A stretch of DNA of 63,566 bases, filler included, from Aduncisulcus paluster (taxonomy: Eukaryota), in the NCBI GenBank assembly GCA_024181965.1. It is 10 parts of 10 records of this genome, joined end to end, with 100 filler letters (N's around TTAATTAATTAA, not from the genome) between each part and the next. Parts side by side here need not be neighbours in the genome. Positions count along the whole stretch, not along the records: positions 38,187 to 51,867 come from BQXS01011902.1; positions 51,968 to 58,100 come from BQXS01011903.1; positions 58,201 to 61,520 come from BQXS01011904.1; 7 more parts are not named here. One strand, written 5' to 3'. Below are positions 47,006 through 58,201 of this stretch, one piece after another. Positions within the stretch are counted from its first letter, which is position 1, and every line of letters begins with the position of its first letter. The position numbers and the translations under genes are program-made. The notes beneath the pieces were generated by a model that was not told where the DNA came from, made no database searches, and worked only from the letters and a program-made list of their open reading frames with translations.

Positions 47006-48887
47006 ATGCCAGATTCATTTTTGTCTGGTGGAGTGTATATGAGTGGATGCTCTGATGTAGAATTTGACAAATTTACCCAAGGTATTGGAAGTCTTTCATT
47101 CAAAGAAATAGATTTCCCAATTCATTCTTCCTTCAAGGTTAGTAATGTCCAGTTGTTGATCCAAGGTGGTATTGGGCAGCCAAAAGAGCTTACATTCCAC
47201 TTTATGCACGATAAAGATCAGAAAACTGTTAAACGAGTTGAATTTGATAAATTGAAGAGAGGTCTTGCTGAATGGTACCGAATTGATGTTCCCTCATCCA
47301 TCAAACCATCCTTATTGGGCATCATTCACCATTCTCTCTGGGAAGGTTCAAACAAATGCACAATATATGGCATCGCATTTGGGTTTGCAAATCCTTCGAC
47401 GGTTCTACCATCATTAGCCAGGGATTCCGATGTAGAATATAATGCATCTTCCTCTGGGGATTCCTATAAGGTTCCAAGGACAATCTTGACTATATCTGCC
47501 AAAATTAATCCAGATCTTGCATTTCCTTCTTCGATCAGCCAAAATCAAGGCAAGAAATTGTTGTCAGATGGAAAACCTGAACCTCCCGTCGAGACTGCTT
47601 CTCTGGAGTTTCATACAATGACCATTCCCTTTGTCGAGACGTGTTCTATCGAATGCATTCAAATATGCATCTTTGGGGATGACAGACAACCCAAGTATCT
47701 CGATGCAGCTCTTCACAAAGACTGCGGAGAAGTGGTTGACATCAAATATTCCCTTCCAAGGGTTGCCAAAAAGGGTGAGAACGAATGGCATTCCCTTCCT
47801 GTTGGTGTGGATGATGTTCTGAAGTGTAGATTAGAGTGTGTGGAGGCTTGGGATGGAACCAATAGATGTGAACTAGATGGGTTAAAATTCCTCCTTGAAG
47901 ACCGTTGTAAGCCCCTTACATCTGCCTCTGGCGTTGAATTGCCAAAGCAAGAAGACAAGTCGTCATTATAATGCATCTTCCTCTGGGGATTCCTATAAGG
48001 TTCCAAGGACAATCTTGACTATATCTGCCAAAATTAATCCAGATCTTGCATTTCCTTCTTCGATCAGCCAAAATCAAGGCAAGAAATTGTTGTCAGATGG
48101 AAAACCTGAACCTCCCGTCGAGACTGCTTCTCTGGAGTTTCATACAATGACCATTCCCTTTGTCGAGACGTGTTCTATCGAATGCATTCAAATATGCATC
48201 TTTGGGGATGACAGACAACCCAAGTATCTCGATGCAGCTCTTCACAAAGACTGCGGAGAAGTGGTTGACATCAAATATTCCCTTCCAAGGGTTGCCAAAA
48301 AGGGTGAGAACGAATGGCATTCCCTTCCTGTTGGTGTGGATGATGTTCTGAAGTGTAGATTAGAGTGTGTGGAGGCTTGGGATGGAACCAATAGATGTGA
48401 ACTAGATGGGTTAAAATTCCTCCTTGAAGACCGTTGTAAGCCCCTTACATCTGCCTCTGGCGTTGAATTGCCAAAGCAAGAAGACAAGTCGTCCCGAAGA
48501 GTTCGTGATTTACTCGATGGCCGTCGACCCTTAACATTTGCAAAGCTAAACATTCCTTTCTTCACAATAGCTCCAATCCAATCTGTCTACATCGAGGTTT
48601 ATGGGTGCAAAGAACAAGCAAAGGAACTTGAGTTTGTATTTCACACCAAGGCAGGGGGGCATGTTCGGAAGGAATTCACTGTGGATAAAGTGAAGAAAAA
48701 AGGTGACCTCGAATGGCATTATCTTCCCATTGGACACGTTGAAGCAGTCATTAGCTGTGACGTGAAGTGTCTTTCATGTTGGAATGGGGATAATTATGGA
48801 AGATTGGATGGAATTAGATTCTTGTCCACCCCTTCTGAAATAGAGAGAATTGGAGGAAGGCTTAGAGTATCATATAGCGATAAATAA
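47006..48887 (+). CDS. Protein of three ~95-aa DOC/galactose-binding-like repeats (450 aa after removing a 529-bp duplication)
   Basis: 47438-47964 is repeated at 47967-48493. Joining 47006-47964 to 48494-48887 gives 1353 nt in frame. Repeat consensus: IPF...I..QPK.L.F...EW..LP...C...W.G...LDG..F. Confidence 0.75.
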
Positions 48888-49036
48888 GTAAAAAATAAAT
48901 ATCCAATAGATATATTGCAATGTACTCGTAAATTTTCATAATGAAATCTAAATTGACAATGCACCGAAACTTAATGATTTGTAAATCTTCGTTTTGGATT
49001 GAAAGAATCAATCAAATTGATTCAATATCATCTTTT

Positions 49037-50149
49037 TCATTGTTTCCATGGAAGTAAAGATAGTTCTTCTGCTCTTATAATATCTTCAGACATTCGAAAA
49101 ACAAGGGAGCAGATACAAAAACTTCGACATGTTTCCCAATCCCACCTTCCTTTCCCTTCAATCTCACACAATACAACATTCATCAAATCAATAGGAAGTA
49201 AATACCATTCATATTTATGGCTTGGCCTTGTGAATTCATACTTCTTGAAAGTCTTCTTTCCATCACAATCAGTGAAAGTAAAGAGAAGAGAAGGTGAACT
49301 ATAATCCTTATCCACACAAATATAAGCACCTTTCATTGGACTAGGTGATGGGAAAGGAATTGAAAGATGACTTGAATATGCCATATATTCCCCTTTCAAC
49401 ATTTCTTGCACTTCTAAGCTATTATCATACCAATGAGATTCCTTGCTATACGAATCAATCTTTCCTTTTGCCATTGAGAATAAAGGATTGATGACTCTTG
49501 GATCATCTCGGGGAATTGGAATAGAAGCTCTACCTTTAGATTTTTCATCTCCTCTCTTTATAAATTTTGGTTTCACTACTGAAGCTTCAGACCATTTTTT
49601 TTCTCCGAATTCTCGAATAATGGTTTCTTCAGGAGTCTCTTTTCCAATGAAAACAAGTGAAAGAATCGCAAAACATGATTTCTCTCTTCCTTTCCCTGTA
49701 ATCTCACACAGAACAACATCAGAGAGATCAATAGGAAGGAAATACCAATAACATTCATCTTGATCAAACTCAGTAAATGTATATTGCTTGGATATAATTT
49801 CCCCCTTTAAAGAATAGAAAGAAAAAATGAGATAGGATGGAGGCTCCCAACCAAAATCAATACAAATATAAGCTCCTGTTATGAGAGAAGATTGATAAAA
49901 AGAAATGGAAATATCAGTAAAACATCCATAATCATCCTCTCCTTTCATCATCTTTTTTGCAGAATTGCTCTGATCTTCCCCAGAACGATCCTTTCCCATA
50001 ATCATAGAAAAATCTGGTTCAATAACATTGGGAATATCTCGGGAAATTGGACAACAACGATGGTCTCCACAATAAACGAACTCTGGACTTACGATTTGAA
50101 TTTCAAAATCAGTTAATTCTCCCGATTTTGTGAGTGACGTTAAACTCAT
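49037..50149 (-). CDS. Protein of two repeats of the same DOC-like module
   Basis: 370-aa ATG ORF with internal repeat ISISF/LSIPF...GAYIC...P.Y/LL.F.F....G....K.Y.F...WY.LPIDL..VVLCEI.GKGR...SLVF. Confidence 0.8.
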   Translation of the reverse strand: MSLTSLTKSGELTDFEIQIVSPEFVYCGDHRCCPISRDIPNVIEPDFSMIMGKDRSGEDQSNSAKKMMKGEDDYGCFTDISISFYQSSLITGAYICIDFGWEPPSYLIFSFYSLKGEIISKQYTFTEFDQDECYWYFLPIDLSDVVLCEITGKGREKSCFAILSLVFIGKETPEETIIREFGEKKWSEASVVKPKFIKRGDEKSKGRASIPIPRDDPRVINPLFSMAKGKIDSYSKESHWYDNSLEVQEMLKGEYMAYSSHLSIPFPSPSPMKGAYICVDKDYSSPSLLFTFTDCDGKKTFKKYEFTRPSHKYEWYLLPIDLMNVVLCEIEGKGRWDWETCRSFCICSLVFRMSEDIIRAEELSLLPWKQ

Positions 50150-50965
50150 TCACTAAGTGTTCTGAAATTGAATATAATTATGAATTATGTGAAATAAGAG
50201 ATGTTTTATAATAATAATATTATCAAAATGTCCATAAATATCTCATAAAATTGGGGAACGACTAATAAACGATTTGACATCGGTATCAGATGGAAAATGA
50301 CGAAAAATGACAATTCATGAACTATCTCACAAAAATAATCTTACATACAATGGAAATACTCTCGTCAACAAAACTTATCCTGAGCAAAAAAGGGAGANNN
50401 NNNNNNNNNNNNNNNNNCATTCACTAAGTGTTCTGAAATTGAATATAATTATGAATTATGTGAAATAAGAGATGTTTTATAATAATAATATTATCAAAAT
50501 GTCCATAAATATCTCATAAAATTGGGGAACGACTAATAAACGATTTGACATCGGTATCAGAGGGAAAATGACGAAAAATGACAATTCATGAACTATCTCA
50601 CAAAAATAATCTTACATACAATGGAAATACTCTCGTCAACAAAACTTATCCTGAGCAAAAAAGGGAGATATTTCATCTGATACATTTGAGTTATTCAACT
50701 ACTAGTTACTTAGTAAGTAATTGAGACCAACTAACAAGAAAGAAAAAGTTTAAACACGAGTTTGATTGCAATTTACTCTCAGGAAATTAATCTTTAACAC
50801 ATATATTCTTTCAATGTAAAGTTGTGAATCAAATCAATTGTAAATTTTAAGTCAAAATCAGATTTAGATAAATAAGTACCTTCATAAACTTGGATTTCTT
50901 CAATGAACATAGCCAGTAACAATAAGTTTGTATGAGATCAAATAAATTCTACCATTCTACCGTCC

Positions 50966-51865
50966 TTACCCAACCAATTTCCTCACTTCTCCCTGTAACC
51001 CTGATATAAACTCATTCAAAGTGACACCATGAACGTTATCTTCAATCATCACGGCCTTTACAAGTACATACACGCTGCTGGTACGTTTAATAATGAATGC
51101 ACGGAGCATCTCTCGTCTCTCGAAGCATATCAGAGACACAAGAGAGTTAATATAACGTCCAAGTTGAGTATGGGTAGATATAGTGGATGAAGAAGTAGCG
51201 GTCGGGAGGGAAGATGTCGTAGAAGTTGCCTTGGGGAGTCCAGAATCCATCTGAGCAGCAGTGATCTCATGCTCCACAGCAGGAGGCACCTTGCTTCCAA
51301 TCACCAGATAGATAGCGTATCTGTCCTCAACGAGATAGACACCATCGTCACTCATGGAGGCGAGGGAAAGGCGAGAGGGAGAGGGATCAACAGGAAGGGC
51401 ACCAATCCCACTCTCAAGATACTCAGCGACCGTCACTGGTAAAGTGGTATCGGGGTTCTGTGGATCATGGTACTCAGCCATCCACTTATCCTTAAGCTCA
51501 CCTTGTTCAGCACACTCGGCATCCCCAAGGAATCCCTCATCTGAAACACCCGCAGCCTCACGTGTTCCAATAGACCCACCAACATCGATAAAGCCTCCAC
51601 TTTCAACGCCAGCTGGTGTTTCCCCGCCGACAGGCATGGGAGCCATCGCCGGCCTTGAACTTAACTCTCCACTCTTCCACACACACCAACAACGGGCGTA
51701 CATAATAGATTTGACAGCATCCACTCCACCCCGAAGAATCTCGGACATACACATACTGCGAACATCAAGCTTTTCACCTCCACTTGTTCGAAGAGAGGGG
51801 GATTTCAGCAGGGATAAAACATAGAGAGGAAGAAGACTCATCGCACGTGGAGCAAGGGATGTGGC
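50966..51865 (-). CDS. SEC24: COPII coat Sec24, C-terminal helical and gelsolin-like domains, 5' partial
   Basis: LLPLYVLSLLKSPSLR...LDVR, IMYAR, RLSLASMSDDGVYLVED..AIYLVIG..VPP, MIED. Frame is open to the linker. Confidence 0.85.
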   Translation of the reverse strand, partial: ATSLAPRAMSLLPLYVLSLLKSPSLRTSGGEKLDVRSMCMSEILRGGVDAVKSIMYARCWCVWKSGELSSRPAMAPMPVGGETPAGVESGGFIDVGGSIGTREAAGVSDEGFLGDAECAEQGELKDKWMAEYHDPQNPDTTLPVTVAEYLESGIGALPVDPSPSRLSLASMSDDGVYLVEDRYAIYLVIGSKVPPAVEHEITAAQMDSGLPKATSTTSSLPTATSSSTISTHTQLGRYINSLVSLICFERREMLRAFIIKRTSSVYVLVKAVMIEDNVHGVTLNEFISGLQGEVRKLVG

Positions 51866-51967
51866 ACNNNNNNNNNNNNNNNNNNNNNNNNNNNNNNNNN
51901 NNNNNNNNNNNTTAATTAATTAANNNNNNNNNNNNNNNNNNNNNNNNNNNNNNNNNNNNNNNNNNNN

Positions 51968-52688
51968 CATCACCGTTCAAATGGCGACCCAAGTTATGAC
52001 TGACAGTAATCGTTTCTTCTCCTTCACGGCTAGTGCGAGGAGGAGGGATGACTGGATTAGTCATTTATCTCTTCGACTTGCTGCCTTATCTCAAAGGGTC
52101 CTGAATTTTTCGGGCCTTGAGTCAGTGAGATCGGATCCCCGTACTCGTTTCGATTCTCAACTCCCTGAAGTTTTCACCATCCCAACTGATGGAGTACTTG
52201 TCTTTCCGGCTGGTTGGAGTGCTTTCTCAAGACGCTCATCAACAACACCAACAGCCCCCATGGCATCCCCCAGAAGTCGACTTAGTTCTTCTTCTTCCTC
52301 ATCCTCTTCTTCTTCTTCTACTTCTTCATTGCCACCTGATAGCCGTTCTGGAGATACTAGTGGTGGTCTCAGTGAGGCCTTCCAAAGCCATAGTGATATT
52401 GTTGCTGGTCCCCCAGCCTCTCCGAATGCTATCTTGAACCCTACGACATCTACTTCAAATCCTCCCCCTCCTTCTCTTCACTCCCCATCCCCCCCATCAG
52501 AACCCTTCAGAACACCCCCTGAGGAACCCTCATTGGAATCCTCTGTTCATCTCATGGACGACAGCCCCGCTATGGACCTGCGTCAACAACATGCCCGCAC
52601 GGCACAGGAGCCACCCTCCACGCTTGGAAGAGCTGTGACTTTCTCTGATCGAATTTTTCTTTTAGAAAAATATCGGACACGGACTTGA
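51968..52688 (+). CDS. Ser/Pro-rich C-terminal fragment, possibly beginning with the end of a PH domain; 5' partial
   Basis: RFFSFTASARRRDDWISHL resembles the last strand and Trp-containing helix of a PH domain. The rest is low complexity. Confidence 0.5.
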
Positions 52689-52883
52689 ACTTTTCTGCTT
52701 CCCTCCTGATCCGCAGTCGTAAATTTTACTCGTGGAAACAATAATCAAATAAATTAACCCAATTTTATTGAAGTCTCACTCTTCAAAGTTATTCCATAGA
52801 ATAAGAAATACAAAAAACATTAATATACTAGCATCAATGACTCACATTATCCCAAACATATAAATTTCAAAAACAGCAAAATA

Positions 52884-54057
52884 TTAAAATTCGATATCAA
52901 ATCCTGCTTTCATACTTGCAGCTTTAACACCAATGGCAGCACCAACAACAACATCTTGAACTCCAGATCCAACAGTCTTAAAAAAGGTTATTTCTAATTC
53001 AGACTGCCTTCCAGGAACTTTTCCAAGAATAATTTCACCAATCTCATGTTTCACATGATCTTTTCCAATCAATCCCTCCTTTTGAGCACGAATGAAATCA
53101 CCAGCTTCACTTAAACATCCGTCAAGAGTGTCAGCAATACACGTTGCCTTTTTCACAACAATAGACGGAATTTCCTGCATTTCTGGAGTGTAGGCTCCAA
53201 CTCCAGAAATATGGGTCCCAGGTTTAACAAGATATCCGTCAAACACAGGATTTTTGGATGTTGTTGCTGTCAATATGATATCAGCCTTCGGAACGGCAAG
53301 ATTTGGGGAAGGAACTTGTTCAAACTCAATTTTAGGATACTTTTCTTCTAACCATTGTTGGTACCCTTTTGCACATGGTTCATAAGAATCATAAAAATAT
53401 ATCTTCTCGATTCCAGGCCTCACACAAAGAATGGCCTCAGTTCCAGCCTTACCTTGCATTCCACATCCACAAACGAATAAAACTTTGGAATCACTACGAG
53501 CTAGGTATTTTGCAGCAACACCACTGGCGGCACCAGTACGAAGATATGTCAGAGCCACACCATCAATGAGGGACTTCAGCATTCCAGTCTTCTCATCAAG
53601 ATCCATGTATATGGCAGGAACAGTTGGAAGTCCTCTTGCACGATTTCCAGCTCGCACACTCACGACCTTGATTCCAACACTTTCCATATCCTCAGTTTTA
53701 GCAGTTCCAGGCATAAAAAGAGTATCCCCANNNNNNNNNNNNNNNNNNNNTGAGGGACTTCAGCATTCCAGTCTTCTCATCAAGATCCATGTATATGGCA
53801 GGAACAGTTGGAAGTCCTCTTGCACGATTTCCAGCTCGCACACTCACGACCTTGATTCCAACACTTTCCATATCCTCAGTTTTAGCAGTTCCAGGCATAA
53901 AAAGAGTATCCCCATCTGAACAATGAAGATTAGATCTCAGGGGAATCTGAGAACCATCACTAGTATACGCCTTGAAAGCCTTTTCAGTTTGTTCAACAGC
54001 TTCCTTCATAGGAAAAATTGAAAAAACTTCTTTAGCAGACAAAATTTTAACAGACAT
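52884..54057 (-). CDS. ocd: Ornithine cyclodeaminase / mu-crystallin family protein (329 aa after removing the duplication)
   Basis: PLR, LFMPG, GIKVVSV..GN..RGLPT, LTYLRTGAASGVAAKYLAR, GCGMQG, GTHISGVGAYTPEMQE, FFKTVGSGVQD. 54057-53751 plus 53566-52884 gives 990 nt in frame. Confidence 0.93.
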
Positions 54058-54663
54058 GATCGGTTATAAGATAGAAAATAATATATTAAAAGTAGGTGTT
54101 GACAAATATTGAATTTTTGAACAAAACTCAATCCCAAAGTTATAATGCTAATAAAATTGAGAAAAAAACAAAAAATATCAATATTAGACAAATATAACAA
54201 AAATTTCTGACAATAATCCACGATACTAGTAAAATGAAGGATGGGGGCAAAATTTTCAGCAAGAATACGTTTCAAAATGGGCTAAAAATTAAAGGTGAAT
54301 ATTATATTAGATAAGAACATTTTGTACATCCTCAATATCTGTCAATAGAACCAGAATAAAGAAAATCTAATTAAATCGAAAACTCCAAAGAATTGATGCA
54401 TAAAATGCCAATATTCATCATAAATCTTCAAAATATAACTAAGATAATCACGAATACTCCGGTATTAACTCATAATAAAGACAAATTGCAATCAAAAAGC
54501 CTACAAGTCGATCTTCTAATTCAAATTCCCAAAAATATTATTTTCAACATATTAATACATTTTAGACCAAGAATTAATCATAATTTAAGAGATTGAACAA
54601 ACAATACATCTCTCAAGATAATCATAATCTTTGATACTCAATATAGATCAGAATCATTTTGAT

Positions 54664-57600
54664 ATGAGTTCAAAAATTGCTGATGATTTTCAAAATACGA
54701 TAAAAAAATTGTTTGATCTTCTTGAGCTTGATTTTGAACCGGATAATTATGAATCATCTTTTGACCTGCTTTGTGAACTTCCTGTATATCTTAGATTACT
54801 TGAATTATGTGGATATGAGATCGACTATGATAAATTTAGTCATCTTGATGACGATCTTGCGGAAGATCATGATGTGATGATTTCAAATTTCCAACAGTTG
54901 TTAAAGCTCTGCCAAGACTTTGGCTTGAAATCTGTTCTTTCTGACATAAATTTTGAGCGTATTATCTCACAAGATTGGACAGAGATGAAACGTTTACTCC
55001 TTCCACTGATGTCACATGCTGAAAGATCTCTTATTAGCAGTTCTGTTGCCAAATTAAAGGATACATTCTCAAATACAAAAGATAAAGAACTTATTTCAAC
55101 CATTAGTTCCATTGATCTCGATGGATTTCTCAGAGGAAATCCTCATGTTATCGATGAAGTTGTAAGTGCCGTTTCAGCCCTGGTAGGGAATATGCAAACT
55201 GCTATGAAAGCCCTCCGCACAGAAAAAGAATTATTGGCATTTGAAAAGAAAAAAATTGAAGAAAAATCTTCATTTGGTGCTCCCCTATCCGATCATTCCC
55301 GTTTTGAAGAAACTTTGAATCAATATCAAAAGCTCATTCAAAGACTTAAAATGGATAAACAAAGACTTGAAGCACAAATTGCCAATAATTCTCGAAGACA
55401 TCGCACTCAACAGCGTTCTTTTGAAGAGCGTGAACGTCTCCTTCGATCGCAATTAAAACAACAGATAGAAAAGAATAATTCCCTCGAAAAGAAAATATAT
55501 CTTCTTGAAAAAACCCCTCATGAAAGCGATTACTCCTCGCGCACGGCTGTTTCAAGCAGTGTCCCAAGTGGACAAGGTCTCACGTCCACCTCTGGTGCTG
55601 TTCAGCGAAGTGGTGTCTTTGGCACTCCCAGAACCCCTCTTCCTCGAAGCCATCTTATCGAAACCTCTGGATCTGTGCATGTCTCTGATGATCATTCTCC
55701 CTTAAACCAGAGTTCAAGCATGAGTTCAGCCGAAAGAACCGGAGAAATGGGTTCCCCTATTATGCCATCTCAACAGGACCATAGCACTAAAGCGTCCCCT
55801 TCTGGTCAAAAACACCATTTGGCACATACATCATACAATGATGAAGGAAATGAGTTAGAAGAAGAATCGTACTCCATGACACATTCATCCATGTCAAAGG
55901 AATCAAACGATGGAATCCGCTCTTCTTTTGTCAGTGATACAATAAGACGACAATTAGATGATCAATGTGAACAAATTGAGGCACTAAAACGGACCATTGT
56001 TGATCGGAATGATGAGATTGATGATCTAACTCTTCAAGTAGCCGTCCTTAGAAAAGAACACAGTACAGTTTCTGATCAACTCAGAGCTCAAAAAGATAAG
56101 ACGGTCAAGGAAGAGGCCCATTGTTCTAGATTGGAAGAGGAACTCACCTCGCTCCGAACTGTGCGTAAGGAAGATTCTGTGCGCCTCAAAGATCTCTCTG
56201 TGAAGGTTGAAACCCTTACCGCCGACCTGTCGAAGGAGCGTTCTGCCCTTCAACTCAAAGAAGCTCATCTTTCTCAAATGAAATCCGATTGTTCCCGCCT
56301 CAAATCTCGTGTCAGTGAGCTCCAAGCGAATGTCGAGTCTTCCTCTGTATCCATAAAGAAGCTTGAATCGTCCCTACGTGAGATGAAGTCTTCTTCCGAA
56401 CATGCACGCTCCCTCCATGAATCTGAGCTTTCCTCCTCCCAGAAAGAGTGTTCTTCCCTGCGTTCGAAGGTGGCAAGCCTTGAATCCAACCTCTCTTCCC
56501 TCAATGATCGACTGAAGTCCAATTCTTCCGAGCTCTCGAATGCACTTTCCACCATTGAATCTCTCCGTACGGACCTGAAGCACCAAGCCGAATCCTGGCA
56601 ATCCCGTCATGATGCTCAGTCTGTCGATCTAAAGGAAGCAGAGAGACAAAGGGACAATTATGAGCTTGAATTGAGCAAGATGACTAGAAGTATGGAAGAT
56701 ATCCAGAAGAATTTCAAGGAATCATCGGAAATAACTAAAACTCAACATAGTGAAATCAAAAAGCTCGAGGATCTTCTCTCCTTGGAGCGTTCAGCTCATT
56801 CTTCCACAAAGGCCCACGTTGTTGAGTTAGAAACTTCTGTTCGGGATCTTACCGATTCTTTGGAAGAGTCTAAAAATAGTTTTGAGAAGGAACGTATTCA
56901 ATTGACATCCTCCCTTTCATCTGTTCGTTCTGAACTTTCCTCCCTTCGTGCTGAGCATGACTCTTTCTCTGCACGTATTTCATCCACCAACAGTACTCTC
57001 GAAGCAACCGTCAAGGATGTGAGTTTGGAGCGAGACAAGCTTCAAACAAGAGTGAAACATCTTGAGGATGATTTGAAGAAGAAGAACGAATTAAATTCTC
57101 AAACTCAAAGTAGTTTAGAAGAACAGAGATCTCGACTATCGACATTGAAAGCCGAATTAGATGCATCAAAAGAATATCTATCTGAAACTTCTTTGAAATT
57201 GCAAGAATCTCAAGAGGAATGTAAATCACATTCAGCCAAAGTATCCGATTTGATAGGTGAAATATCAAATATCAAGGAAAAATGTACGATTCTTTCATCT
57301 TCCCTTGATAAATCACTGGGCGAAAACACTGAATTATTATCTAAAATTGAATATTTACAAGGAAATTTGAAGCAAAAAGATGGTATAATCGAGTCTAACC
57401 AATTAAACCTTGAATCTCTCTTAAAAGAAAAGTCTAAGCTGATTCAGGATTCTGATTCGTTAAGGGATACGCTAGAAGACGAACGAGAGATTATTCGCCA
57501 AACTAAATCACAACTTTCATCTATGACCACGGAATATTCACATCTCAGTGCAAACTACACCCTTTTACAAACTACTCATAAAGATCTTGAAACTCGCTTT

Positions 57601-58100
57601 ATCTCTGAACAAGATAACTACAAGATTGAGAAAGAAGCAATAATTCAACATAATTCTGAACAAATCGAGAAGATTGGGACATTACATGAGAAAAAAAAGA
57701 AAGAGTTTGAAGCACAGCTCAAAGATATGTCAAAACAATTGTCACGGTCTGATCAAATTCTGAAGGAAAGGGATGTTCGTATCCAAGAACTCCAAGATGA
57801 GTTAAAGTCCATCAAAAGCTCGCTAGAAGAAACACATGCTGCCGGTGAGATGAAAGATACAATTCACCAACAGCACATCACAGAGATCAAAAAGCTCGAG
57901 GATCTTCTCTCCTTGGAGCGTTCAGCTCATTCTTCCACAAAGGCCCACGTTGTTGAGTTAGAAACTTCTGTTCGGGATCTTACCGATTCTTTGGAAGAGT
58001 CTAAAAATAGTTTTGAGAAGGAACGTATTCAATTGACATCCTCCCTTTCATCTGTTCGTTCTGAACTTTCCTCCCTTCGTGCTGAGCATGACTCTTTCTC
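54664..58100 (+). CDS. Long coiled-coil protein with a possible CH-like N-terminal domain, 3' partial
   Basis: ATG at 54664; heptad-rich L/E/K/S sequence over more than 700 aa. N-terminal INFERIISQD..EMKRLL and IDLDGFLRGNPHVI resemble CH-domain ends (weak). Confidence 0.8.
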
Positions 58101-58201
58101 NNNNNNNNNNNNNNNNNNNNNNNNNNNNNNNNNNNNNNNNNNNNTTAATTAATTAANNNNNNNNNNNNNNNNNNNNNNNNNNNNNNNNNNNNNNNNNNNN
58201 C

